Of a stretch of 64,000 nt of DNA, positions 37,919 through 50,065 are shown one piece after another (position 1 is the stretch's first letter; every line of letters starts with the position of its first letter). Origin of the DNA: Chloroflexota bacterium. Its GTDB lineage: Bacteria; Chloroflexota; Anaerolineae; J102. The translations under genes were made by a program, and so were the position numbers. The stretch spans positions 2,545-66,544 of the forward strand of contig JAADII010000169.1 of assembly GCA_013151415.1 (NCBI GenBank), given 5' to 3'. The notes under the pieces were generated by a model, which was given only the letters and a program-made list of their open reading frames with translations, was not told the DNA's origin and ran no database searches.

Positions 37919-38980
37919 GTGAACATTGATCGGATTTTTCGCATTCTAGGACTCATTCTTTTTGCAATCATCGGGTGGCAGGCGGGCGTTATCTTCACCC
38001 AAACCAGCGAACCCTTCACCGATCTCGAAGCGCTCAAATATATCATCCCACTAACTCTGCTTGGCGGCGCGCTGGGGTGGGTCATCGCTCCCTGGATTTC
38101 GACGCGACCGGCCAAACTGGCGGTTCGCAGCTTTCGCAACATCCCCATTGAAGACATCATCGCCGGAGCCATTGGCTTGGCCCTGGGCTTGGTGGTGGCC
38201 GCGCTTCTGGCAATACCGCTTTCGCAGTTGCCCTCGCCTTTTGGCTCCATCTTACCTTTCGTGGCCAGCATTGTGTTTGGTTATATGGGCGCCATGGTGA
38301 CGGTTTTACGCCGCGAAGACCTGACCCGTTTGCTATCTCGCACCAGACGCACCCCCGAACCGAGCATCGAAAAAACCATCACTGGCCCTCGACCCGTCTT
38401 GCTGGACACCAGCGTGATCATCGATGGCCGCATCGCCGACGTGGCTCGCACCGGTTTCCTGGCCGGGCCGCTACTGGTCCCGCGCTTTGTGTTGGCCGAA
38501 CTGCAATACATAGCAGATTCGGCCGACCCTTTGCGCCGCGCGCGCGGGCGCCGCGGCCTGGAGGTGTTGGACGAACTCCAGAACATGGATGAGCCAAAGC
38601 TGGAAATCACCGACCTCGACGCGCCCGGCGTACGCGAAGTGGACGAAAAATTGATGACTTTGGCCCGACAATATGATCTGGCCATTGTAACCAATGATTA
38701 CAATCTCAATCGCGTGGCCATGCTTCAGGGCATCACGGTGCTCAATCTCAACGATCTGGCCAACGCAATGAAAGCCATCTATCTGCCTGGCGAGCGTCTT
38801 CGTCTCAGGGTCATCCAGGAGGGCAAGGAATATGGCCAGGGCGTGGGTTATCTCGATGATGGCACCATGGTGGTGGTGGAAAACGGCAACCGTTATATTG
38901 GCCAGGAAATCGACCTGGTGGTGACCAAAGTGCTGCAAACCAGTGCTGGCCGCATGATCTTCGCCGCGCCGGCAAAGTAA
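37919..38980 (+). CDS. Membrane-anchored PIN/TRAM-domain protein (YacL-like)
   Basis: N-terminal TM helices, then a PIN domain ([13 protein letters not shown]...) and a C-terminal TRAM-like beta domain. The GTG start at 37919 is 12 nt after AGGAGG; ORF-max is 37883. Confidence 0.65.
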   Translation: MNIDRIFRILGLILFAIIGWQAGVIFTQTSEPFTDLEALKYIIPLTLLGGALGWVIAPWISTRPAKLAVRSFRNIPIEDIIAGAIGLALGLVVAALLAIPLSQLPSPFGSILPFVASIVFGYMGAMVTVLRREDLTRLLSRTRRTPEPSIEKTITGPRPVLLDTSVIIDGRIADVARTGFLAGPLLVPRFVLAELQYIADSADPLRRARGRRGLEVLDELQNMDEPKLEITDLDAPGVREVDEKLMTLARQYDLAIVTNDYNLNRVAMLQGITVLNLNDLANAMKAIYLPGERLRLRVIQEGKEYGQGVGYLDDGTMVVVENGNRYIGQEIDLVVTKVLQTSAGRMIFAAPAK

Positions 38981-38991
38981 AGGGAGATATT

Positions 38992-40401
38992 ATGTCTTTA
39001 CGAGTTTACAACACCCTCAGCCGAAAGAAAGAAGAATTCAAAACGCTGGAGCCGGGCGTGGTGCGCATGTATGTGTGCGGTCCCACGGTGTACGATGACG
39101 CGCACATCGGCCACGCCATGTCGGCCATTGTGTTCGATGTGATCCGACGCTATCTAGAATACAAGGGGTATGAAGTCATCCATGTCATGAATTTTACAGA
39201 CGTGGATGACAAAATCATCAACCGGGCGCGTGAAACAGGCCAAGAACCATTGAAGTTGGCGCAATATTACATCGATCGCTTCATGGAGCACATGGCCCAA
39301 TTGCACATCAAGCCGCCCACAATCATGCCGCGCGTGTCCACCACCATCGATGAAATCATCGACATGGTGCAGACGCTGATCGAGCGCGGCTATGCGTATG
39401 AGTCGGAGGGCGACGTCTATTTTCGGGTGCGGATGGACGATGATTACGGCAAGCTCAGTCGCCGTAAACTGGAGCACGCGGTGAGCAGCGAACGCCAACG
39501 CTTTGGCGACGAACTGAAAGAGGACCCGGCCGATTTCGCCTTGTGGAAGGCGCAAAAAAGCCCAGACGAACCGGCCTGGCCTAGCCCCTGGGGCATGGGC
39601 CGTCCGGGCTGGCATATCGAGTGCTCGGCCATGGCGCGGCGCTATCTGGGCCCCACCATCGATATTCATGGCGGCGGGACAGACCTCATCTTTCCCCACC
39701 ACGAAAATGAGATCGCGCAAAGTGAAAGCTGCAACGCCGCGCCCCTGGCCACTTATTGGCTGCACAACGGCATGTTGCAACTACGCGGGGAAAAGATGTC
39801 CAAGTCGCTGGGCAACATCATCTCCATCGATGAATTGCTTTCACAATATGAAGCCGATGTCTTCCGCATCCTGGTGCTGGGCTCGCATTATCGCAAGCCT
39901 TTGGCTTATGACGACGAGGTGATGGAGCAGGCGCGTCGAGGATTGGAGCGGCTACGCGGTGCGTTGCGCCCTCCAACCGGCGAGAAAACCGAAGGGCCGG
40001 AAGTTGAGGCGTTGCAAGAGGCTGTACAGCTGGCTCGCGAACGTTTCGAGGCCGCGATGGACGATGATTTCAACACGGCCGGCGCGCTGGGCCATCTCTA
40101 TGACCTGGTGAAAGCCATCAACACCGCGCGCGCCGCGGGCATAGGCGGCGAACCTTTCGAGAAAGCGCAGAGCGAGCTCAAGACCCTGGCCAGCGTGCTT
40201 GGCTTGCAATTGGAAACGCAAGCTCGAGCCGCGTCGGACGCCGCGCCATTCATCGAATTGTTGCTCGAGGTGCGTTCGACACTGCGCAAACAAAAGCAAT
40301 GGGACCTGGCCGATTATATTCGCGATGGCCTGGCCAAGCTCGGCGTGCAGGTGGAGGATACTCGCGATGGCTCCACCTGGCGTTGGGAAAAGCGCGAGTA
40401 A
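38992..40401 (+). CDS. cysS: Cysteine--tRNA ligase
   Basis: [14 protein letters not shown] (HIGH) and KMSKSLGN (KMSKS). 469 aa. Confidence 0.9.
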   Translation: MSLRVYNTLSRKKEEFKTLEPGVVRMYVCGPTVYDDAHIGHAMSAIVFDVIRRYLEYKGYEVIHVMNFTDVDDKIINRARETGQEPLKLAQYYIDRFMEHMAQLHIKPPTIMPRVSTTIDEIIDMVQTLIERGYAYESEGDVYFRVRMDDDYGKLSRRKLEHAVSSERQRFGDELKEDPADFALWKAQKSPDEPAWPSPWGMGRPGWHIECSAMARRYLGPTIDIHGGGTDLIFPHHENEIAQSESCNAAPLATYWLHNGMLQLRGEKMSKSLGNIISIDELLSQYEADVFRILVLGSHYRKPLAYDDEVMEQARRGLERLRGALRPPTGEKTEGPEVEALQEAVQLARERFEAAMDDDFNTAGALGHLYDLVKAINTARAAGIGGEPFEKAQSELKTLASVLGLQLETQARAASDAAPFIELLLEVRSTLRKQKQWDLADYIRDGLAKLGVQVEDTRDGSTWRWEKRE

Positions 40402-40453
40402 AAGAAACCGCGAGCAAGGATGCAGATGGAAAGAACGCGGGCAGGAAAGAAAG

Positions 40454-41257
40454 ATGAGTCGAAAGCGGCGACAAACCAGAAACGCATCCCATTCTTGGGA
40501 CGACGGCCGCGGTCGAAAGCTGCTTTATGGTCGTCAGGCTGTGCGCGAAGCGCTACGCGCGGGACGCCGTTCGTTGCATGCGCTTTACCTGGCCCAAGGG
40601 ATCAAGTCCAGCCCCGTGCTAGACGACATCCACCGGCTGGCCGAAGCGCGCGGGGTTCTGGTCGAGCAGGTGGAGCGCCGGGTCCTGGATGAATGGTTGG
40701 GCCATACGCATCATCAGGGCGTCGCTTTGGCCGCGGGGCCTTATCCTTACGCCACCCCATTTCAGGCCCTGACCCTGGCCCGCGAGCGCGGCGAAGACCC
40801 TTTCTTACTTCTATTGGATCGCGTGCAAGATCCTCAAAATCTTGGCTCTTTATTGCGCACAGCCGAGGCATGCGGAGTGCATGGCGTCATTTTTCCACGC
40901 CATCGAGCGGCCGAAGTCACGCCGGCTGTGGTCAATGCTTCGTCTGGCGCCGTCGAGCATTTATTGGTGTGCCAAGAGACAAATCTTGTGCGCACCATGA
41001 ACGAGTTGAAGAAAGAAGGCTTGTGGTTGGCTGGGTTGGAGCGCCGCGACGACGCCATCCCTTTTGACAAAGCTGACTTGAGCGGTCCGTTGGGGGTGGT
41101 GGTTGGGTCCGAAGGATTCGGCTTAAGCCGCCTGGTGGCCGAGACCTGTGATTGGTTGCTCGCCCTGCCCATGAAGGGCCGCATCAACTCACTCAACGCC
41201 GCGGTGGCCGGATCGATTCTGATTTTTCATGTTATGCAACAAAGACTGAACAGATGA
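40454..41257 (+). CDS. rlmB: 23S rRNA (guanosine-2-prime-O)-methyltransferase RlmB (SpoU/TrmH family)
   Basis: Start at MSRKRRQ (ATG at 40454). SpoU motifs (DRVQDPQNLGSLLRTAEACG, VVVGSEGFGLS) are present. The upstream part of the maximal ORF overlaps the cysS 3-prime end. Confidence 0.8.
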   Translation: MSRKRRQTRNASHSWDDGRGRKLLYGRQAVREALRAGRRSLHALYLAQGIKSSPVLDDIHRLAEARGVLVEQVERRVLDEWLGHTHHQGVALAAGPYPYATPFQALTLARERGEDPFLLLLDRVQDPQNLGSLLRTAEACGVHGVIFPRHRAAEVTPAVVNASSGAVEHLLVCQETNLVRTMNELKKEGLWLAGLERRDDAIPFDKADLSGPLGVVVGSEGFGLSRLVAETCDWLLALPMKGRINSLNAAVAGSILIFHVMQQRLNR

Positions 41258-41280
41258 CGAAACCATAACGCCCTCTCGCC

Positions 41281-41892
41281 ATGACTTTTCTCGCCCTCGC
41301 CTTTTCCCTGGGACTCAGCGCCGGCCTCGCGCCCGGCCCGCTATTCGCGTTGGTCATTCAACGCAGTTTGCAATTTGGGCTGAAAAGCGGCATACGGGTG
41401 GCTTTGGCGCCCCTGCTTTCCGATTTGCCCATCGTTGTCATCTCACTTTGGCTGGTGGGTCGCTTGCCCCAACGCGCGCTCGACGCCATGCTTGTGATCG
41501 GAGGATTGTTCGTCATCTGGCTAGGCGTGGATAGCCTGCGTCATGGCGTGAATGCAGCCGAGACCGAAGCGCACGCCAGCGTGAGCAAAGACCTGTGGCA
41601 AGCCGTGCTGGCCAATGTGCTCAATCCGCACCCCTATCTTTTTTGGGCTTTGGTGGGCGCGCCCATCGTCATTCGCGCCTGGCGCGTCTCGCCTGCCCAT
41701 GCGGCCATTTTTATCATCGTATTTTATACTTTGTTGGTGGGCAGCAAGATCGCCCTGGCCTTTTTCTTTAGCCGGGCGCGAGGGTTGCCCGAGCGCCACC
41801 AACGCTGGCTTATCCATGCTTCCTCCTGGCTTCTTCTGGGTGTGGGCGCGTATATGCTTTATTCCGCTGCAATCAATTTTGGGCTGTTTTGA
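41281..41892 (+). CDS. LysE/RhtB-family amino-acid exporter
   Basis: 203 aa with 6 TM segments, typical LysE-type N-terminus. Confidence 0.75.
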   Translation: MTFLALAFSLGLSAGLAPGPLFALVIQRSLQFGLKSGIRVALAPLLSDLPIVVISLWLVGRLPQRALDAMLVIGGLFVIWLGVDSLRHGVNAAETEAHASVSKDLWQAVLANVLNPHPYLFWALVGAPIVIRAWRVSPAHAAIFIIVFYTLLVGSKIALAFFFSRARGLPERHQRWLIHASSWLLLGVGAYMLYSAAINFGLF

Positions 41893-41910
41893 ACGCCTTT
41901 TCATCGTGAA

Positions 41911-42834
41911 TTGCGCCCACCGGTTTTGTCTATGATCATGATCTCTCCCTTGCATTATCGCGAACTGTCCGCTGTGGTCGCGTTGGTCGACGAGGCGAAC
42001 GCGGCCTTGCCTTATCACTGGCCGCTCACGCCCAACGGCTTTCGCGAGATGGTTTTGTTGCACGATGGCGCGCCCCACGCGATTCTTGAGATCAACCCCG
42101 ATGGATGGTTGGTGGCCTCGGAAAAGGGACGGGTGGTGGGTTTCATACACTGTGCGGTGGGACGGTTGCGCGACGATGAACCCGACAAACGCCGGGGATT
42201 TGTACGCCATCTCGCCATACATCAAGACGCGCCGGATGAAACAGCCGCCGCCCTGTTGCAAGAGGCCGAACGCTTCTTCCGCGCGCGGGGGGTGTCGCAT
42301 ATCGATGTCCATCACATGCGCACGGGATATCCCTGTCGATTGGCTGGCCGGGGAGCGCTCACCACGCATGACTTTCGCCTGATGGTGGCGTTGGGCGAGG
42401 CCGGCTACGACATTCGCGATCGTTGGCTGATGTATGAGCGTCGCTTCCACGAACACCTCATCGAATTTCCACCGCCCATCGAACGTCTTAGATTGCAAAT
42501 CGAGGATCAGGTGGATGCCGGCTTTTCGTTTTATGCGGCGCAGCACACCGATCCCATCGCTCATCTGCGTATTGGTTATTTGCCAGAACTTTCGGTTCAT
42601 GGCCAAACGCCTACGGCATCGTTGGAGCATCTCTATGTCGAGCAAGGCTTTCGTCGTCGGGGCGTAGGTCGCTGGCTGCTGCAACGCGCGGGAAACGAAC
42701 TCCTCGCGCGCGGATATCCTCGATTGGTGGCCGACATCAACCATCGCGACGAAGCCGCTCAGGCATTGCTCATCCATATGGGTTTCGACGAGCTTCCGCT
42801 AAGCGGCTATTCTTATGGAAAACATTTGGTATGA
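41911..42834 (+). CDS. GNAT-family N-acetyltransferase (tandem GNAT folds)
   Basis: The acetyl-CoA-binding motif QGFRRRGVGRWLL is in the second half. The first half is also GNAT-like. Confidence 0.6.
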   Translation: MRPPVLSMIMISPLHYRELSAVVALVDEANAALPYHWPLTPNGFREMVLLHDGAPHAILEINPDGWLVASEKGRVVGFIHCAVGRLRDDEPDKRRGFVRHLAIHQDAPDETAAALLQEAERFFRARGVSHIDVHHMRTGYPCRLAGRGALTTHDFRLMVALGEAGYDIRDRWLMYERRFHEHLIEFPPPIERLRLQIEDQVDAGFSFYAAQHTDPIAHLRIGYLPELSVHGQTPTASLEHLYVEQGFRRRGVGRWLLQRAGNELLARGYPRLVADINHRDEAAQALLIHMGFDELPLSGYSYGKHLV

Positions 42835-42867
42835 ACTACTGCTTTGAAAATAGACGATAAGACCATA

Positions 42868-42935
42868 AGACGATAGGACGATGGGGTTAGGTTCGGCCAT
42901 GGTCTCATCGTCCTATGGCCCCATCGTCTACCTTG
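42868..42935. repeat. REP-like repeat (GACGATAGGACGATGGGG ... CTCATCGTCCTATGGCCCCATCGTC)
   Basis: Read directly. It overlaps the 5-prime end of the maximal ORF at 42915, which argues for a later start. Confidence 0.5.
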
Positions 42936-43022
42936 GTCTACGTTGGTCGGCGCAAGCGATTTTCATCCGTATCGGAGCGGGCAAGCCCGCGGTTCGATTG
43001 CATCGGAACCAGGAGTTGCGCT

Positions 43023-43463
43023 TTGCATAACACATCTCGAACCTATAAACCCACCCCCACCTATGCCATAGGCGCGCTCATTCTCACCGCGGCCGCGGTG
43101 TGGCTGGGCGTGCAGTTTTGGCGCGAGCCGGAAATCTTGCTGGGCATCTTCTTCGCGGGCGTGGCCATCGTGGCCTTGAGCATGCTCACCGGCCTTTTCG
43201 CGCGCGTCGAGTTTGATGGCCAAACCCTAACCTATCGTTCCATCCTAAGGTCAGGACACCGGATCGACCTGACGCAAATCGATTCGGTGAGCCTGGAAGG
43301 CCGACGCACACGCGCGCTGGTGATCATGTATCATCCGCTCGATAAGGAGAAGCGTATCGATGTTGAGCGCCTAAAGTTTATCAATATGCCGCCTTTGCAA
43401 AATCAGGAAGATCTGTACGAACGCCTAATGGAGGCGCTGGGGCATGACGACGCGCGCGCCTGA
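43023..43463 (+). CDS. Hypothetical small membrane protein (2 TM), start uncertain
   Basis: The TTG at 43023 is 7 nt after AGGAG. The TM helices AIGALILTAAAVWLGVQFW and ILLGIFFAGVAIVALSMLTGLF are followed by a soluble C-terminal domain. Confidence 0.35.
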   Translation: MHNTSRTYKPTPTYAIGALILTAAAVWLGVQFWREPEILLGIFFAGVAIVALSMLTGLFARVEFDGQTLTYRSILRSGHRIDLTQIDSVSLEGRRTRALVIMYHPLDKEKRIDVERLKFINMPPLQNQEDLYERLMEALGHDDARA

Positions 43464-44484
43464 AGCCCTGGTGTGGGGCGTGCGGCGCTATTTGGCCGCG
43501 CGAGGGGCTGAAATTCGGGCCGTGCATCGCCAACCGTTTCAGGGGGGATTATCGGGCAGCGCGCTGGAATACTGGCATTTGAGCTTGCGTCGAGCAGGCA
43601 TGCAGACCAACATGACGGTGGTTTACAAACGGGGAAAAACGGTGGAGGGCGCGTTCATGCGCGGCGCGGCCCGTCGCGAGGTCATGGCCTATGCGCATCT
43701 GCCCGAGCGCATCCCTCTGGGCATGCCCACGGTCGTGGCCTTCGATGCGGTCACGGGCGACCTGTGGCTGTTGCCTTTTCCCCCGGTCAAGCACACAAAT
43801 CACTGGCTGGCCGACTGGGATGAGGCTGATGTGCGACGCACCCTGGACGATCTGGCCAAATTGCACGCCGCGTTTTGGGATGCGCGCGACGCGCTGGCCC
43901 AATGGCCCTGGTTGCGCGATCCCCTGGGCCGCGAGGCGGAAGCGCTGCTTGCGGAGGGACGCGCGAGTCTCGAATGCATTCAGACGGCCAAAGCCTTTGA
44001 CCAACATCTCACCCCCGACCGGGTGGCGCGACTGATGGCCCTGGCCAAACAACCCAACCCCCTTTTTCAGGCCCTGACCGCCTTGCCCCCCACCTTGCTC
44101 CACGGGGACGCAGGTTTTCAGAACGTGGCCATCACGCAAGATGGCCGACGTCGGCTGTGGTACGATTGGCAACTGGTGGGCTTTGGCCCCGCCACCCTCG
44201 ACCTGGTCACCTATCTCCACCCTTGGGCCTATCCCGACGCGAACCCACCCCTTTCTCTGGAAACGATGACCGAAGTCTACCTCGAGCGGCTCGCTCAACG
44301 GGGACATGTCGTCCGCCGCGACGCCTTTACCCGAGCGCTCGATGCGGCCTTGCTCTGGCGATGGCTGGTGCAGTGGGCGCCCTTATTGGGGCAATATCGC
44401 GAGCGCCTGCGACCAACCGTGCTCGAACGCCTTTACGCCGCGTTCGAGCGTCTCCACTGGCCCGCGCTGATCCGCGGCGTCTGA
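43444..44484 (+). CDS. Aminoglycoside-phosphotransferase (APH)/choline-kinase-like family phosphotransferase
   Basis: LLHGDAGFQNV (catalytic HGD) and the downstream D motif. Substrate unknown. Confidence 0.6.
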   Translation: MTTRAPEALVWGVRRYLAARGAEIRAVHRQPFQGGLSGSALEYWHLSLRRAGMQTNMTVVYKRGKTVEGAFMRGAARREVMAYAHLPERIPLGMPTVVAFDAVTGDLWLLPFPPVKHTNHWLADWDEADVRRTLDDLAKLHAAFWDARDALAQWPWLRDPLGREAEALLAEGRASLECIQTAKAFDQHLTPDRVARLMALAKQPNPLFQALTALPPTLLHGDAGFQNVAITQDGRRRLWYDWQLVGFGPATLDLVTYLHPWAYPDANPPLSLETMTEVYLERLAQRGHVVRRDAFTRALDAALLWRWLVQWAPLLGQYRERLRPTVLERLYAAFERLHWPALIRGV

Positions 44485-44489
44485 ATGAG

Positions 44490-44780
44490 CGGGAAATGAC
44501 AACGAATTCCGGGATGAAACGAATGGCGCTCGCCGGAACGATTGGCTCGGGCGGGGATGATGGGGAGGGTGGGTGAGTTGCACCTCGCAGGTGCGACTCA
44601 CCTGTGCCCGCGAGGCCGCCGGGGGCTGGAAACCGCCCCGCTACCAAATGGAAGCCCTGCGGGCTGTTCGCCCGCACCGCGCGCGAGGGCCGAAAGGCCC
44701 TTCCACCCAACTAGCCTGCGGCGTTCCAGGCCTGGGCGGGAAATGACAACGAATTCCAGGATGAAACGCAATGATGGCCG
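44490..44780. mobile_element. Repeat-bounded non-coding element: two direct 36-bp copies of GGGAAATGACAACGAATTCC(G/A)GGATGAAACG flanking a 205-bp segment with an internal 13-bp-stem hairpin
   Basis: Copies at 44494-44530 and 44734-44772. The hairpin GGTGAGTTGCACCT-cgc-AGGTGCGACTCACC lies at about 44573. It abuts the IS3-like fragment. The copies begin TGACAACG..., an IS3-type terminal TG. Confidence 0.4.
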
Positions 44781-44784
44781 TCCG

Positions 44785-44976
44785 TTATTTTACCTCGATG
44801 CCATAGTCCTTCTCCACGACTTCAATGATGCTCTCGAGCATGGCTTTATCCAGACTCAGTTCGGCCACCAGCTTCTTCTTCAGCCGCTCGTTCTCCGCCT
44901 CCAAGGCCTTCAGATCCTCAATTTGGTCTCGGGAGTGTAAACTTATATCAGGATGGGTCAGTTTTGTTTTGAGCAA
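44785..44976 (-). pseudogene. IS3-family transposase OrfA fragment (leucine-zipper region only)
   Basis: The 63-aa ORF ...DLKALEAENERLKKKLVAELSLDKAMLESI... resembles the IS3-family OrfA leucine zipper. No HTH or OrfB is present. Confidence 0.35.
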
Positions 44977-45158
44977 CGCAGCCCTCGCGAAGGGAATCCA
45001 ATCTTATGGTTCCCCCTATTTTGTAGTAAACTATCCTATCGCCCATCGTTTGTCGCCCCATCGTCCGGCCTTTTCCGGCCCTTATAAAAGGGAAACGATG
45101 ACATCTCAAATCACCATTACCTTGTACAAGCAATCCTTCTCCAAATGGAGCAAACATC

Positions 45159-47411
<2,253 letters not shown>

Positions 47412-47440
47412 TTCCAAACATCGTGCCGTCAATCCTTTGG

Positions 47441-47476
47441 GACGATGGGTTTTTCAACCCATCGTCCCTTCGTCTT
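47441..47476 (+). terminator. REP-type hairpin GGGACGATGGGT-ttttcaa-ACCCATCGTCCC downstream of maeB
   Basis: A perfect 12-bp stem 30 nt after the maeB stop. Confidence 0.5.
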
Positions 47477-47539
47477 ATCGCCTGTGCGGTCTCGCGCGGC
47501 TCTTGGCGTCAAAAGCGGTTTTGGTTTAGGATTTTCTTC

Positions 47540-48652
47540 ATGCGCATCGAACGGATCAGTCTTTACAAAATCGCGCTCCCGTTGCTCTTCCCTCTCGAGG
47601 TCAGTTTTGGCCGCTGGACGCATCGCCATTCGGTGTTGGTGCGGGTGGAGGGAGAGGGGCTTGAGGGTTGGGGCGAGTGCCCGGCCGGCGCGTTTCCCGA
47701 TTACAATGCCGAAACCTGGGTCACCGTCCTCTATGTTCTGAAAACGTTTCTCATCCCGCCGCTATTCGATCTGGATGTTCGCGGCCTGGCCGATGTGACC
47801 CAAAGCATGAGTAGGGTGCGAGGTCACGCTTTCGCCAAGACGGGGTTGGAATGGGCCGTGCTCGATTGGCTGGCGCGGGCCGAAGGGATCAGCCTGGCGC
47901 AGAAGTTGGGCGGGACGAGGTCGCGCGCGCCTGTGGGCGTCAGTTTGGGCATCGAGCCGGATATCGAAGAGCTGATGGCGCGGGTCGAGGAGTTTTTGGC
48001 GCGGGGTTACGCGCGCATCAAATTGAAAATCAAGCCGGGTTGGGACATCCATGTGGTGGAGACTTTTCGCAGCCGCCACCCCAACGTCTCTCTCATGGTG
48101 GACGCAAACAACGCCTACCGGTTGCACCATCTTCCTGTTTTTCAGGCTCTGGATGAGATGGAGTTGCTCATGATCGAGCAGCCCCTTGAGCATGATGACA
48201 TCTATTTTCACAGCCTTTTGCAAAAGGAGCTTCGCACGCCCATCACTCTGGATGAATCCATCCAAAGCCCATTGCACGCCCGCGCGGCCATTGCTTTGCA
48301 AGCGTGCCGCGCCATCAACATCAAGCCGGCTCGCATGAGCGGGCCTTCGGCAGCCGTTGCCGTACATGATATTTGCCAAAATGCAGGAATGCCGGTTTGG
48401 CATGGCGGCATGTTGGAGACGGGCGTGGGTCGCGTGGCCAACATTGCCATGGCCGCGCTGCCGAATTTTCGTTTTCCGGCCGACATCTCGGCCTCGGACC
48501 GCTATTTCGCCGAAGACATCATCGACCCGCCCGTGGTTCTCAATTCCGACAGCACAGTCAGCGTTCCTCGCGGGCCGGGCCTGGGCGTGGATGTGAAGCT
48601 CGATCTCGTCGAGAGCCTGGCGCAAATCAAAGAAGTGATAGAGCGCAAATGA
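47540..48652 (+). CDS. Enolase-superfamily enzyme (o-succinylbenzoate synthase / N-acylamino-acid racemase-like)
   Basis: MR/MLE-family signature KIKPGWD and metal-ligand Asp/Glu positions. The start is set after the REP hairpin. Confidence 0.7.
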   Translation: MRIERISLYKIALPLLFPLEVSFGRWTHRHSVLVRVEGEGLEGWGECPAGAFPDYNAETWVTVLYVLKTFLIPPLFDLDVRGLADVTQSMSRVRGHAFAKTGLEWAVLDWLARAEGISLAQKLGGTRSRAPVGVSLGIEPDIEELMARVEEFLARGYARIKLKIKPGWDIHVVETFRSRHPNVSLMVDANNAYRLHHLPVFQALDEMELLMIEQPLEHDDIYFHSLLQKELRTPITLDESIQSPLHARAAIALQACRAINIKPARMSGPSAAVAVHDICQNAGMPVWHGGMLETGVGRVANIAMAALPNFRFPADISASDRYFAEDIIDPPVVLNSDSTVSVPRGPGLGVDVKLDLVESLAQIKEVIERK

Positions 48653-48748
48653 TGTACTGGACAGTGGCGTTTTTTGATCTTGCGCGAATGAACGCGCATT
48701 TTACGAATAAAGCAAGGAAAAAATTCGTCAAACACGCAATTCAAACCC

Positions 48749-49303
48749 ATGCTCCCCAATAGTCATATCGCCTACACCCTGGCCGCGTATCAAGTGGCCA
48801 AAGACAAGCTAAAAAACGTTCCCGATGTCGATTTGCGCGTTCTGGCCCTGGCCGCGATGGGGCCAGACCTCATCGACAAGCCCTTGGCCGCGGTCTATTT
48901 TTATCGTCGTTTCAAATCGGCGGTGCTTTTCGCGCACACGCTCATCGTTCACCTGGCGCTTCTTTTCGTCACCGCGCGCAGGCTCCCGCGACTGTGGCCC
49001 TACACCCTGGCTTTTCTGGGCCATGCGATTCTCGATCGGCTGTGGTTCTTCCCCGACACTTTCTACTGGCCCCTTCGCGGCTGGCGTTTCCATGTCTGGA
49101 CAAAGCAGGGCAGCGAACAAAGCGACATCAAGCTGGCCTATTTATATGCATTCACCCGTCGGCCCGAATTGTGGGGTTGGGAGCTGGGCGGCCTGCTGGC
49201 GGGGATATGGTTCATCTATCGCAACCAGCTTTATCGCCCCTCGCAATTATGGCGTTTGCTCCGCACGGGGCGGATACAAAGCTATGATAACTATGGCGGC
49301 TAA
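48749..49303 (+). CDS. Membrane-bound metal-dependent hydrolase-like protein (YdjM/DUF457-like)
   Basis: Hydrophobic, His-rich (HTLIVH, GHAILD). 184 aa. Confidence 0.45.
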   Translation: MLPNSHIAYTLAAYQVAKDKLKNVPDVDLRVLALAAMGPDLIDKPLAAVYFYRRFKSAVLFAHTLIVHLALLFVTARRLPRLWPYTLAFLGHAILDRLWFFPDTFYWPLRGWRFHVWTKQGSEQSDIKLAYLYAFTRRPELWGWELGGLLAGIWFIYRNQLYRPSQLWRLLRTGRIQSYDNYGG

Positions 49304-49369
49304 ATCCCTCCTCGGCTCGTCCTTGGGAAGAAGTGAAAGCTGAACTTATAAACGAAGGGTGGTTATCAT

Positions 49370-49777
49370 CTAGTCCCTCATCAGAGCCTCAAAGCCAGCC
49401 TGAACAAAGTGGTGATCGAACGTAAGCGCACGACGAATCCCCGCATCGCGCATGACTACAAAGGATACACAGTCTATCAATCCCCAGGTTTTGTCCTCAT
49501 ACCGTCGATAGAGCGCGTAGGCTTGCGCAAAGATATCGGGTGTGAGCCTTACGATGTCCACTTCGTCAGAAGACAGGAAGCTGTCAATGACTTCGACAGC
49601 CTGCTGTTTGAAATTGCGCGCCAGAGCATTTCCAATTTCTAACAACACAGCATCTGTGGTAAGAAACCCAGCCCTCTCATACTTATCTGCCGCCTCAAGG
49701 GCCCTCTCATGGTAGGCATCGCGCTGATTGATCAACGCGATTACAAATAAAGTGTCGATGAAAATCCTATTCGACAT
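49370..49777 (-). CDS. vapC: PIN-domain toxin VapC
   Basis: IFIDTLFVIAL...D...D PIN acidic residues. It overlaps the antitoxin gene 3-prime end. Lower GC than the flanks. Confidence 0.7.
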   Translation of the reverse strand: MSNRIFIDTLFVIALINQRDAYHERALEAADKYERAGFLTTDAVLLEIGNALARNFKQQAVEVIDSFLSSDEVDIVRLTPDIFAQAYALYRRYEDKTWGLIDCVSFVVMRDAGIRRALTFDHHFVQAGFEALMRD

Positions 49778-49982
49778 GCTTTTCTCCACTTAAGTAGAGA
49801 TGGAGGTTGGCGGCAAAGTCTGGCGGCGCGTCGATTTTGACGCGTTTCAGCCGAGTCATCAATGAAGGCGTGGGAGTGGCATATTTCTGGGCTTCCAAGT
49901 CTTTGATGATTCGGTATAGTTTATCCAGATCGTCCTCTTCCAAGACATCCAATTCTTCGATGATCATTTGCTTCGTGATCAT
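49767..49982 (-). CDS. Putative VapB-type antitoxin
   Basis: A 71-aa acidic protein. The ATG at 49982 has AAGGAGG 5 nt upstream. It lies immediately upstream of vapC and overlaps it. Confidence 0.5.
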   Translation of the reverse strand: MITKQMIIEELDVLEEDDLDKLYRIIKDLEAQKYATPTPSLMTRLKRVKIDAPPDFAANLHLYLSGEKHVE

Positions 49983-50065
49983 TTGCACCTCCTTGGGACA
50001 TCGGTTGGCATCCGACGCGAGTCAATTATAATGTTTTGTTCCTGAAAAAACCAATTCGATCATTA

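Noticed and set aside
41521-42777. 418-aa minus-strand ORF
   Set aside because: It overlaps the lysE-like and GNAT genes antisense. No recognisable domain.
47762-48625. 287-aa minus-strand ORF antisense to the enolase-superfamily gene
   Set aside because: High-GC antisense artifact.
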